Made by a program: the position numbers and the translations under genes. 64,000 bases of DNA, from NCBI GenBank assembly GCA_951406725.2, contig OX597817.1:1550001-1614000 (forward strand), written 5' to 3'. The notes under the pieces were generated by a model. The model saw only the letters and a list, made by a program, of their open reading frames with translations. It was not told the origin of the DNA and did not search any database. Position 1 is the stretch's first letter; each line of letters opens with the position of its first letter. The DNA comes from Octopus vulgaris (Eukaryota). Of this stretch, positions 40,801-54,342 are shown one piece after another.

Positions 40801-42651
40801 CAATTATCTTATCTGCTGAGCTGTCAAGATGCCTTATTTTGTAGCTTTTGAGACCTAAGAAAGTTTTGGATAATTTACGGTTACCAAAATGAAAATTTGT
40901 TTTTTTCCTATTGGATTATACAAAGCAAAACATCCTGAGCAAAGAGATGTTTGTTTTCCTCGATATAAAACGAGGAAAGGTTTTATTTCAATATTTTAGT
41001 TTTCTCTTTGTGTGTTTGTAAATAATGGTATCCAGAACAACGAAAAGAAATGTACTCACCGGATAGAAAAAGAAAATACTGACAAAACAGACATTCGTAA
41101 TAGAAAAAATGTAAAAACATTGCTTTTGCTACAAGACACTGATGAAAAAAATATCTAGCAGTAAGAAATTTAAATAATGGCAACATACACTTTGAAAATT
41201 CTTGAAGTGTAAGTGCTGTCAAAACAAGGATTTCCGATTCGTCTTTGTTTTTGGACATCATTAATAACATTAAATAAATGAGGTCAATTTGACAAAGTTA
41301 TGTAACGAAGCAATACGGTGTTCTTCCAGGTCACTTTATCGAATTGAGAGAAATATATAAATAACAAAAAGAAATGCATGGATATATCCTGCCATGGGTA
41401 TGGCGGCTTTCCATGTATCAACGAAAGGTCAGATACATGTAACTATGGACGACGTTTAGAAGAATATCACCTGAATTGGCCTGTGCGTGAAGCTGTCAAG
41501 AATGAAGCAAGTAAATAACCTAAGCAGATGCAATATAAACTGTCCATACATTTGTGTCATAGTAGAAGGGTCGACAAAACATGAAATAGAGCGTCAAGGA
41601 CAGATTTTCCTAAAGTAGGTGGTACTGCCCCTCTGGATGCGGTTGAAAGATCCAGTGGAGTGTTGAAGAAAAGTGGGGCGATAATGGGGTTAAAAAAAGG
41701 GAGCGATGGATATAAAAACAAAATAATGGTTTAAAGTTTTATTTGTGAAATAGTTTTGTTTTGAACTTGCTGTAGAAAGTGGTCTATGTTTGTGGTGGTG
41801 GTGAGTGGTGGAGTGAGCGCTAGGAATGCAGCCTTGGTGCCAAAGGGTTGGCAGCCGGAAAAATTTTAGGAACAAATGGTCTAGGATATTGAGAATGACA
41901 TTGGCTGCTGACTCGTCGATGCCTACGTGGTGCGATATGAATAGATAGTGAGTTGCGAGCATATGAAGAATGACATGTAATTGGTCTGCGTTCAATTCCG
42001 ACCAAAGTCACTTTACCTTCTATCCTTCTTGGGACTGATAAATAAAGTACCAGTCAATTACTGGGTCGATGGTAATGACTAACCACCAACAAAGCAGCTG
42101 GTCTTTTGTCTAAATCTGAAAGAATTATTGAGTGAATGTGAAAATTATATCACATACATTAACAAAGAGATACGTATACTGTCTACATGAAATAGGTCAC
42201 ACACATAAATAGAAGACTATATGAACCTAAACGTATAACTATATTGCATGGGGGTATATGATCTAATAGCCAAGTCCATATTGACTTATATGTGTATGTG
42301 TGCACATATAGAAGTATAGCAGTGTGTGCAAGTTGACTTACAATTCTATATATGATGAAGACACACCGATCTTGATGTCATCAATATTATATACGAGTAT
42401 GAGGGGGCGAGCTGGCAGAATCGTTGCCGGGCAGAATGCTTAGCGACATTGCGTTCGTCATTCCGTTCTGCCGAGGTGGATTTTGCTTTTCAACCTTTCT
42501 GGATCGATGAAATAAGCATCGGGTGACCACAGGGGTCGATGCAATCGCTTTGTTCCCTCTCCTGAATGGCAGGCCTTGTGCAGGAATTTTAAAGCAATAA
42601 TATTTGTGAGTATCTTTAACCTTCGGTAACTCTCCCTCGTTGTCAGCCTTC

Positions 42652-42729
<78 letters not shown>

Positions 42730-43097
42730 GTCTGTCTGTCTTTCTGTCTGTCTGTCTAGATGTGTGTTTGCATACATATAGGCATACATATATGCATACA
42801 TATATGTATACATATATGTATGCTTATTCGTATGGTTGGCTTATGTAAAGATGAACATAATACAGTGTGTGAAATGGGGGAGGGTAAATAACCAATGAAC
42901 AGAATGACGCCTACTTAACAAGTGAAGATTAACATTTCACTGTCATCATGACATCCCAATAAATAAGTTTACAATATGCATATATATATACATACATATA
43001 CATATACATACACACACACACATACACACATATATATATATATACGTGTGTGCCTATGTGTGCTCGTGTGTGCATGTACATAATGTATGTGTGCATA

Positions 43098-43143
<46 letters not shown>

Positions 43144-43540
43144 AGATAGGGGTTGTAAATGCAACCCTCCATGGGATAACATATATCCAATATACTGCTA
43201 GTGAGGTACCCAACAAAGTTAATACATAAATGTTAAGAATTGCGATACAATTAATTCATTTATTGTATTATATGGGCAAAGGTAAAATGTTTTACCACAA
43301 ATTCATAATACAAAATAAGAAAATGGAGAAATACATCGAAATCAAATATCAATTACCAGATAATACTCAATCACATACTTTATTAAACCACTACATAAGA
43401 AACTATAAGGTTGAACATAATCATGCAGGGTAAAACAGTGTACATGAAGGAGTGTACATAAAATAGTAATGTTATATAATAAGTAGAATACGTATAATAG
43501 AAAATAAATATAAGTACACATAAATATAAATATAGACTAC

Positions 43541-43667
43541 ATCTTACAGCTGTTTCGGCCATGTAGATAAGCATGTCTCATTTAACTTATATTAGCCATT
43601 TATGGTAGGTCAATATGTAGTTATAAATGAGACATTTACAAAAACATCCTAAGGCCTCTTCGGAGAT
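43541..43667 (-). ncRNA. Type I hammerhead ribozyme-like motif (U4C) with about 100-nt stem II hairpin
   Basis: Minus strand: atct-CCGAAGA-ggcc...atgtctcattta...taaatgagacat...ggcc-GAAA-cagctg-TA-agat. Confidence 0.7.
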
Positions 43668-43941
43668 TACAAATTAGATTACATACATACTTATATAGGT
43701 GTGGGTACATACCCATAATAAAACATATACATACACATATGAGTGTATATACTCATACTCATATACATATAAATATACATATACATAATGATATAAATAA
43801 TATAAATTAATAAACATACATATGCTCCACATTCAATGTTACAGCTTTTCAACTTAATGTTGTGATAATTACAATGTAGAAAAACATACACATATTAATA
43901 CCTAAATGCAGATATAGAGAGTCAAGATTACATTCTATTAG

Positions 43942-44012
<71 letters not shown>

Positions 44013-44934
44013 TGTATGTATTTGCGTGTCTGTTTTTGTCCCTCACCATCGCTTGACAGTCGATGCTGGTTAGTTTACGTCCCCATAACTTAGTGGTTCA
44101 GCAAAATAGACCAATAGAATAAGCACTAGGCTTACAAAAATAAGTCCTGGGTTCGATGGTGTGTGTGTGTGGTGTGTGTGTATATATGTGTGTGTGTGTG
44201 TGTATTCTCTCTCTCTCTTTCCCTCTTTGTATATATGTATAAATCCAGATTTCTGAGTACCTCATTTCTTCTAATATGTATATATATATATATTCACAAT
44301 GGTAAACCCAAAATAATCTGTTTGCAATTTTAGTTTGAAATTCAAGAAAAAAGTTTCAAACTTGAAGCATTTCAAAGCAGATTTCTATAATTTTAAAAAG
44401 AAAGTTGAATTCCGTTATTCTATCAAGTTAACAGCAATTTTCAAAGCTCGTTAAAGACGTTTGGCTGTTTTACAGTAATCTAAAAAATACTTTAGTTTTA
44501 TCAGATAAGACCAGGAATCTCTGTGGTGTTGACAAGAAAATCTACAATGTCTCCTTTCCAATAATAATATTATCAGCACCTACAAGAAGTCAGGAGCGTA
44601 CATGTACAATTTCATAAATTTGGAACTAAGGCAATACTACCGCTCTTTACATACACAGAATACAAGAACAACTAACAGCCACGCCACGATTGGCTAACTT
44701 ACAGTTTTAACTCAATCCTGTACTGGTTAACAACACTGGGTTGTGTTGAAATAGCAACTTAACTAAATAATTCCCAGACTGAAATAACTGCTAGGGGTAC
44801 TATGATTGACTAAAAGAGTACCCCTGCAGGAGATGCCCTGTTATTACCGCAGTCTAACGGCAGCAACCATAAAATACGATTAAACGAAAATACGAAACAT
44901 GACTATATTCTGGTATATTTATAAATTCCAATAT

Positions 44935-45150
44935 TGATTTAAAATTTTAGCACAAGGCCAGAAATTTCAGGACAGTGGGTAAGTCGATTACATCGACCCC
45001 AGTGCTCAACTGGTATTTATTTTATCGACGCCACAAGAATGAACGGCAAAGTCGATCTCGGGAGGAATTTGAACTCAGAAAGCGAAGACGGGCGAAATAC
45101 AACTAAGCAATTTGCCCGGTGGCCTAACGATTCTGCCAGCTCGCTGCCCT
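44935..45150 (-). mobile_element. SINE family 2 copy
   Basis: Same body; flanking aaattc(c/a)aatattg repeats. Confidence 0.8.
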
Positions 45151-45808
45151 TACAAATTCAAATATTGTTGTAGTTTAAAAGGGAGTTATTTTCGACATCA
45201 AAGCATACAACCTCAGTCACTTACAGTATTTATCTTTTACAGCGTGCTATGACCAAGTTCCATTCCTTATCGACTAAATTACGGCATAAAAACTCATGAT
45301 ATCGAGAGTGAATGGAAAGGAATTAACTTGGAGAGGAATTAACTTGGAGAGGAAATGCTGACGTACTTTCCATCCTACTTTGATCTTGCTGGCAGTTTAT
45401 AGTTCTTGGATACAATTTTGCTGTGAACGTACAGGCAGAGACAAATTATTGAGGTAAATTACATTTCTGAACATAGATACGAATAACATCCCGTCTTTAT
45501 TTTTCTTCTCCCATACATACATACATACATACATACATACATACATACATACATACATACATACATACATACATACATACACACCCACCCATCCACACAT
45601 ACCCATACACATACACACACGCATTTATTCTTTACACTATATATATAATTTTTTATAATTATGAGTATTATAATTATAATCATTCTCATAATTATAAAAA
45701 TTTGAAACTTTACCGATAATGGTTCTTTTAACATGCCGAACTACTTGGTAAAATTATTAATTATTTATTAATTAATTAATTTTACCCTTTATTATTATTA
45801 TTGTTGTT

Positions 45809-45920
<112 letters not shown>

Positions 45921-47255
45921 GCATTTATAGCTTAAAGAAGTGGCTAAAATCAAGCTTTGTCCTCTTGAACTATTATTTTCCTATTATGAATTTATTATAG
46001 TCATACTATTATTATTATTATTAATATTATTAGTTATATTCATACTGTTTTTCCTATACTGTAATGAAATGTGTAACATGAATTATAAATATACCAAACT
46101 TTCCAGTCTTTGTTTTGTTACGTACACACATAAGCACACATGAACTTTAGTTGTTCGGAGAATGGTCCTCTCACCCTCTCTTTCTCTCTTCCTCTCTTTA
46201 CACACACACACACACACACATACACACACACGCACACACATACACACACACATTACGTTGGTAGGGTAAAATTCAAGGTGAGTCTTCTTTTTCCATCTTA
46301 TTCCAGTATTACAATCCAGTATGTTGATGTTCTCGTTGTTGCTTGACGTAAGGTACATCTTAGAGTCGAAAATTCTGAAAATATAGTTTGCAGAGTTATT
46401 ATATAACAAAGAAGGAAGTTGGAAACATTTTTCGTATGATTTATTCACTATTACACATGTTTCATTTGCTAATAGGAATTATAAAGTTTTACTCATGAGA
46501 TAAACGTGTAAAGAATTTCCTATTAAAATTCTTCAGACAGAGAAACAAATAACTATTTGTTTTTTGTTTTTTTTTAAAATTTTTTTTTACAATGACCAAT
46601 TCTCACTTGCTGGGAGGGCATGTCAAAGTTATGGACACTCTCTTACCCTATCAGAGTTATAACAAAGAAAATAACATTGCCTTGGAAATATAAATCATCC
46701 CTTATTACTATCTGTGAACCCTTTAGCCACCACTGCAACGCATGTAATAATTACCATTAGTGAAGTAAAATATATCTTCATGCATCGCACATAACGCAGG
46801 CTGACTGGCCTCCGAAATTGTTATAGAACCTTCTGGTCCATTTTCAACTGAGTTTTTACCAACTCTGTAGAATTGTCCAATCCATAACTTTTTAAATGAC
46901 GATGACTCTGTAAGAGATTGGCTTGCTGAAAAGACTCCAGTTTGTTTTTACACTTTGCACTGTTTACACACAATATGACTTTTAATATCAGCCTCATAAA
47001 CACACAGTCGTTACCACGTTTAAACCATCTCGTTTGACTCCAACCCAATATCCAGCCCAACCTCCTTTTTATCACCTTCAAACAATATGCACAGGACTTA
47101 GCTATCTTTCTCTACTGTTTTCTAATGTTTTTACAAACGTGCTGCAGTGTGTCATAACTCACAAAAAAGCGCCCCAATCTCACTGTGTCAAGTACTTTAC
47201 ATCTGTGAAATAAAAACAATCGTTAGAACTATCCGAAACATTGAGTATCTCTCTC

Positions 47256-47290
<35 letters not shown>

Positions 47291-50024
47291 GCTCTCTTTC
47301 CACTTTACTCTCTCTCTCTCTCTCTTTCCACTTTACTCTCTCTCTCTCTCTCTTTCCACTTTACTCTCTCTCTCCGCTCTCTTTCCACTTCTCTCTCTCT
47401 CTCTCTATCTCTTTCCACTTTACTCTCTCTCTCTCGATGCAGTTACCTTATCAGGTTTACCGGTGACTTGCTGTCACTTGTGAAATTTGCAAAAGCAACA
47501 TTATAATGTTTGACTTCTGCACGGTTTACGAGAGTATCTGGGATGTGAGCGTTCTGTCTAATATTCCTCTTCGTTTTGAATGTAGCGTGTCCCATTATTC
47601 CGTTATTCTTTCATCCATTTCCCTTCTGTTCATCAACAATCAACTTTTGCTGTCACACTTTATTCGCTCCTACACAAGATTATAACGTCATTCAGTTTCC
47701 TTAACCATCCACACATGGAAGTGCAGCCTAAACATCTTATTCGAGACCCATACTGCATTAATGGAAAGGTACGTTGAGAGCATACTTCAGTCAGTCAATG
47801 GCAACCTACTCTCTTTCAACAACAAAACTACGCAATTACTACACATACCGAAACAACAGGCTTTTATCTCACCGTCTCTTCACATAAACGACACACAACA
47901 AAGTCTCTATGAATGTTAGAACCGCAGTCTTTGACAATCTCTCTTGGCTACCTCATCCCTCCCTCGTTCTCTCTCTCACTCTCTCACTCTCTCTCTCTCT
48001 CTCATTATATGTGTCTGTGTGTACGCTCGTAAATAGATGCGCGCGTTCACACACACACATATACATGCATATAAATATGTGTGGGTATGCATGTGTATAT
48101 ATATACATATGTGTGTATGTGTATATGTGTGTGTAACATTAAGACCAGTTTTGTTCTTTTAAAATTGTTCCTTTGAATTATAAGGCGTAAAGGTTATAAA
48201 ATCATCGACATTTAATGGAGCAAATCTGCTTTTCAAGACTCCGCTAATTTCCTCAGTAAGTCTGTTGTTTAATGCTATGACGTTGTCATTTACGTATATG
48301 GTGTCGTTATTGAAGCAGCTTTATACAAGTAGGAAATATCTGTATAAGCTGGTCAGTAAGTAAAGAGACAACTGCTAAGAGCTAACATACCAATACAGTC
48401 TACTCAGTAATGTATTAAACATATGATAAAGCAATATAAATACGCTTTGGTCAGTCATTAATTAACTTTACTTTTTACTCTATTCGAGCGTCGATAGTTT
48501 TATAGACGTAAATGGACAATATTCTCATTAGATACTTACGTAGAAGTAAGCTGCCCAACAAATAATCACAGTTTCTCCGTAGTATCGAATATATGAGTGA
48601 AAGGTGTTTATGCACTCGGTTTTTGAGAGATTGTATTTCTCATCTGCTGAATTGTTTCTGATTGCAACTCTCAAAATTTGAGAACAGCCTTGTGCAAAAA
48701 GCATCAGTTCAACCTGGTGATTTCGGCAATATGCATTCAGAACGTGTGTGTTTAAATTTGAAAGTACTGTTTCTTACAACGATTTCAGTACTTGTTTTGA
48801 TGAGTTAGCCAAAGAAGAAGAAAACATGGTTTATAACACTTTTCAATACCTACGAGACTAAAAGGAGGAAGGGAGGAAATTAGGGTCAGTTTAGACTCAT
48901 AGCCAGAATGCTCTTGCAACGAAGTAGATGCCACTAAAGGCGACAAACTGTTCAGATAGTGGTATTAGACCAGGTAAAGTAGTAAGTCTTTCTCTGTTCT
49001 CATCTTCATATATCATGGCTACAAGGGGTCGTCGATCCCATTACCTCCATGCCAAAGTCTGGAGATTCTTGATATTTCTTGGGAAAGATACGGCAGTGGT
49101 TTTCCGCTACTTTCAACCGGTTTATTTACAGTTCTTTTTTTTTTCTCAAGTCTTCTGCTCTCCTTTAAGGCCGAGGATCTTTTGAATTATACGGCAGTGG
49201 CACTGGTTCATATGACTTCACGACATATACATGGCCTGTATGATATATCCAAGTGCCTGATCACCTCTGAGTCTGTTTACTTTAGTCACAAGATCATTTT
49301 ATGCACTTTGACTTATAACTGGGTTTCTGATGCCACACTCCCTTAAATTCCCGAACTGGGTTTCTGACACCACACTCCCCTAAACACAACCGGATTCACA
49401 GGGTAGGATGAAGCTTACTAACCAAGAATCAACACGGTTTGCATCTGCCAAATTTCATCGACAAAGCTTTTAGTCGTCCAGAAATTATAATTATGTACCA
49501 TTCAGCAAGATCAAACCCAAAACCAGGTGTTACGAAAAGAACATTTAATCAGTATATCTTACGCACTTATAGGATTTTATAGGCTACTGATTCAGCAGAA
49601 ACTACTCTCATGTAGAGTGGAGTTTGATGGTAAGAGTTTTAGGAACTTCACCTTCATCAATTTGCGAAGATAATGAGAGATTATATGGGGTGCTAGTTCC
49701 GTTGGCTGAGTATGATTTGTGGAGCAAATCTACGCATTTGTTTAGCTCACGTACATATGATGGAGGTGGATTTCTTCACTTCCACCTGCTCCTGTAGTGA
49801 CATTCAGATTTTCGTGTTGTTTTACCATTGAAAGCTTATACTTTCCAAAGTGTTTTGTCATAGGCTGCAGAACTTAAGTTAAACGAGATTTGGCTGTTAT
49901 TTCTTGCAAGTCGAGCGACCACATTGAATATCCTTTACTGACTCGCGGTTTTAGAATGGTTAGAGTTCAATGTAGATACCGTATATTGCTAAATGTCTTC
50001 TCAATGAAAACTGACTTAGGTCTA

Positions 50025-51280
50025 AGCAGCAGCAGCAGCAGCAACAACAACAACAACGACGACGACGACGACGATGACAATAACAACAAACAACGGCATA
50101 GACTTGTGCTCTCGAAGTTCTTTTATCTTATTTCAGCAATTGACCGATTGATTGCATAAAAGACTTGCTCCCTCCTCCAGTCACAGACATACCAAAACAA
50201 GTGGGTGTTGCAGCGGAGTGGTGCTTTGTGGTGCTTCTTAGGGCGGTGGTGGTGGTGGTGTTGGTCGATGTTGTGGTGGAGCCTCTGCTGGTTGTTGTAG
50301 CAGTAGAGGCAGTGGTGGTGTTGAGGTTTGGCTATGCTGTGAATGCTATAGCACTGGTGGTGGTGGTGGTGGCGACGGCAGTATTGATGGCTGTGGAGGC
50401 AGTGGTGTGGTGGTGTCGTCGGTGTTGTTGCGGGAGCGTCAGTAGTTGCCATGGTTTCAGTGATGGTGGAAGTGAGGGTGAGGACGGAGTCGGGGTTGCT
50501 ATCGTCGGTGCTGACACTGGTATGGCGGCGGTAGTGTTGATAATTGTCATCGTTATAGTATTGTGGAGGCATGCTGGTGGTGGTGGTGTTGGAGCGTTGT
50601 TGATAAAAAAAAGGGGGCCGTATATACTCGATGTGGATGAAAAGGGGCTGACTGTCAGTATTAGTAAGCATAATTACAGCTCCAAGTCAGAGAGAGGGAG
50701 TGGTGATGTTAGTGTTAGCGGTAGAAATGATAGTACTGTTGGTGATAGTGGTGATATTAGTAATAGTGGCGGCGGCGGTTGTGGTGGTGGTGGTGGTGGT
50801 GGTGGTGGTGGTGGTGGTGGTGGTGGTGGTGGTGCATATGGCTATGTCGGTGTGGAGATTGTTGATGGTGACGGTGGGGTTGATGTTGGTGTTGGAGATA
50901 ATTGTGATTAGACTGGTGGTACTAGTAGTGGTTGTTCAGGGGTGTTGTGGTAGCAGTGATGCCGTTGACGTTGGTCGTATTAGTGGTGGTGGTCGTCATT
51001 GAGAGGATGTTATTGTAGTTGATGATGGTGCTATGTAGGTGGTCGTTGAGGGTCTGTTCTAGTTGTTGTTGACGATGGTATTGTATTAGTGGTGATGTTG
51101 GCGATAATAATGATGTTATTGGTGTTGGTGGCATTTATAGTGATGATGGTGTTGTCGTTGGTGTTCAAGTTTATGATTGTAATAATGTTATTGTTGGTAA
51201 TCTTGGAAGTAATGCTGTTCATAGTGGTATTAGGTGTTGTGACAGCGCTAGTAGTCGTGGAGATAGGTTTGATGATGTGT
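50025..51280. repeat. Degenerate GGT/GTT/GAT trinucleotide low-complexity region
   Basis: Three-periodic G/T-rich sequence with a pure (GGT)n core near 50780-50833. Confidence 0.8.
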
Positions 51281-51325
51281 GTGTGTATGTTTATATATAT
51301 ATATATATATATAAATATATATATA

Positions 51326-51757
51326 GTTAATCCAAACAAGAAAGCACAAAAAAACACAACAACGCGAGGACGTGGAACAAATATAGTATTATTGGACGCT
51401 CAGGAAAGAAGGAAAGAAGGAGGGTTTAACGTTTCGACCGGAGCTCTTCGTCGGAAACATAGGAGAAGGAAAGATCCAGAGAAGGGAAGACAGATGTGAA
51501 TATATATGTATGTCTATATGTGTACATATATTTATATATATGTATATATTTGTACCGCGTGTGTACCGTTGGCGATTTTTTTTCCTCTGTCTTCCCTTCT
51601 CTGGATCTTTCCTTTTCCTATGTTTCAGACGAAGAGCTCCGCTCGAAACGTAAAACCCTCCTTCTTCCCTTCCTTCCTGGGCGTCCAATAATACTATATT
51701 TGTTCCACCTCCTCGTGTTGTTGTGATTTCTCTTTGTGTTTTCGTGTTTGGATTAAC
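51326..51757. mobile_element. Head-to-head inverted pair (copies C and D) of the same element
   Basis: 51326-51494 is the reverse complement of about 51586-51757; (TA)n on both outer sides. Confidence 0.8.
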
Positions 51758-51758
51758 T

Positions 51759-51818
<60 letters not shown>

Positions 51819-52178
51819 TGTGTGTGTGTATGTGTGAGTGTGTGTGTGTGTACGTATGGTATAGGAATATGATTTGGCAACGTGGTTCTATAGCGTGCTT
51901 ATTTATTCAATAGTGCTTAATATTACATATTACATAACATTGCAGCATCACGTAAACTACATCATTTCCACTTTGCAATATGGAACATTTTAGTACCAAA
52001 ATCCACCTATGAAGAAATATGTTTGAAGTAAAATATATTGCGATCAGGAAGTGTTTTACAAAAAGACGAAATACAAGCACTTCAATTAGGGGAGGAGAAT
52101 TATAGCCATTCAGTCAGCTAATCATGGGCTGGCGTGCAGCAAAATTAATTGCCTGGATTAGATCCTCGCTACTACAGG

Positions 52179-52257
<79 letters not shown>

Positions 52258-52440
52258 CCATACACAACACCACCAGACCACATCAAAATATTACACATCT
52301 CCAAAAGTCTGCACAACACACTCAAAGGCATTTTCCCCAGTGCGGTTGGTAAATGCCAAAAATATCTCACAAAGAAACTGTACTGGGATCTCCTCGAGGA
52401 CAAACCAGCGGAGGAGAAAGCAAAAACTTTCGAGCAGTAA
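52258..52440 (+). pseudogene. Probable C-terminal fragment of LINE ORF1
   Basis: Stop-free frame PYTTPPDHIKIL...KAKTFEQ* ending 44 nt before the ORF2 ATG and truncated at the microsatellite. Confidence 0.6.
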
Positions 52441-52484
52441 GTAACCCTCTGTTCCTTTCACTTGTATTCTAATTCATTAGGACT

Positions 52485-53960
52485 ATGATCAAGATTGGTT
52501 GTGTAAATGCGCGTGGCTTGGGGTCCCCTTGGAAACAAGGGTACCTCTTAAATGACATAAAGTCACATAAGTTAGAAATCATAGCCATAAGTGAGACCAG
52601 ACTCCACAATCCGCGGGCCCTAAAGACCATGTTTGGCGGACAGTTCAACATTTATTTTTCCCCCTGTCTCCCGAGAATGGGCGGTAGTGGCACCGCGGTA
52701 CTTTTTCGTAAGAGTCTGGATCTCAAAGTAAGGACAATATTCGTAGACCCGGGGGGTAGACTGGTCGTCCTGGATGTCGACGGCAGCAATGGGTGCACTT
52801 TTCGACTCGTATCAGTCTACGCACCGCCCTTAACAGGTCGGGCGGATTTCTTTCAACGTCTAGAAGTATTCTTGGGAACGTCTCGTCCTTTACTCTTAGT
52901 GGGGGATTGGAATGCTACCTTGGACACGCATGTAGACTACGTGGGTAGAGATAGGAATAGACGGAGATGCAAATGCCTCAGAGACCTGCTCAGACGCTTT
53001 CAACTGTCTGACAGGTTCCGACTAGACCACCCGAATGCGCCAACGTGGACATGGAGCAACCGCATCGGGTCGTCGAGATCGTATCTAGATAGGATACTGT
53101 GTAGGACAGTAGACAAAGATAGCATAGGATGTCCACAATTCCACATAGTCAGCTACACGGATCACAAACTTGTGACATGTACGCTAGACTTAGGTAAGAC
53201 ACTTAGGTAGGGTCCCGGATACTGGAAACTAAACGCGTCTTTCCCATCGAGACAGGTTTTCAGAGACCGGATTAGCACACTAGTAAAGAGGGCTTTGACG
53301 GGAGCCATCATCAACAACAAATGGTGGTTTGCCCTCAAGAGAGCAGTAAAAGCAGAAGCGATTAGGTACAGCAAAGCACTAGCCATAGACAGAAATAGAA
53401 TTGAGAGTGAGCTGGTTAAGAAGCTAGAAGAGGCAATTAGAAGCGGCATCGCATCTGACGTTTTGGCGGCGAGGTTGGCCCTCGACCAACACTTCAACGC
53501 CAAACACGAAGGATGTGCTGTCAGAGCTAGGATGCGTGCTCTAAGGAACGAAGGTGTTGGAGCCGCGAGAGAGGCCCGGGTGGCAGAGGCGCAACAGGGC
53601 AACAAAGCCACCATTCGGTCCCTGGTAGATGAACAGGGGCGCGAATTGATCGAGCCAAGTAAAATGTGTGAGGCCTTTCAGCAGCATTTTGCCCGACTGT
53701 TCGGGACGAGTGGAGGGCAAGAACGTAGGGTGGACTTCAGTGCCTACCTACATAGCCTACCACGACTCTCGACAAGAAAGGCAGGGTGCTGCGAAGGTGC
53801 CATCACGGCGGAGGAAGTGCAGGAAGCGATGGCAGAATGCTCGAGGGACAAATCACCAGGTTTGGATGGTCTACCCTACGAGCTTTACAATTGTATGCCA
53901 GACTTGTTTGGAGATCTCTTGGCGGCGGTGTACTGCAACTGGCAGCAAAACGGGAGCATT
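52485..53960 (+). pseudogene. LINE ORF2 N-terminal half (APE endonuclease, linker, start of RT region); in-frame TAG at 53208-53210
   Basis: Motifs NARGL, ISET, VGDWN, YLDRIL, TDHKLV; the same frame continues past the stop (GPGYWKLN) into the 53295 ORF with KSPGLDGLPYELY. Confidence 0.93.
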
Positions 53961-54329
53961 TGAGATCCAGACTCTTACGAAAAAGTACCGCGGTGCCACT
54001 ACCGCCCATTCTCGGGAGACAGGGGGAAAAATAAATGTTGAACTGTCCGCCAAACATGGTCTTTAAGGCCCGCGGATTGTGGAGTCTGGTCTCACTTATG
54101 GCTATGATTTCTAACTTATGTGACTTTATGTCATTTAAGAGGTCCCCTTGTTTCCAAGGGGACCCCAAGCCACGCGCATTTACACAACCAATCTTGATCA
54201 TAGTCCTAATGAATTAGAATACAAGTGAAAGGAACAGAGGGTTACTTACTGCTCGAAAGTTTTTGCTTTCTCCTCTGCTGGTTTGTCCTCGAGGAGATCC
54301 CAGTACAGTTTCTTTGTGAGATATTTTTG
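53959..54329 (-). repeat. Inverted duplicate of 52357-52727 inside the LINE
   Basis: 371-bp reverse-complement match with 3 substitutions found by eye. Confidence 0.97.
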
Positions 54330-54342
54330 AGCCGATATTTTT

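Noticed and set aside
50123-51499. 180-250 aa Val/Gly- or His/Thr-rich ORFs
   Set aside because: Degenerate trinucleotide repeats open in several frames on both strands, with no domain.
53803-54201. Independent minus-strand endonuclease gene
   Set aside because: It is the inverted duplicate of the ORF2 start running into antisense LINE sequence.
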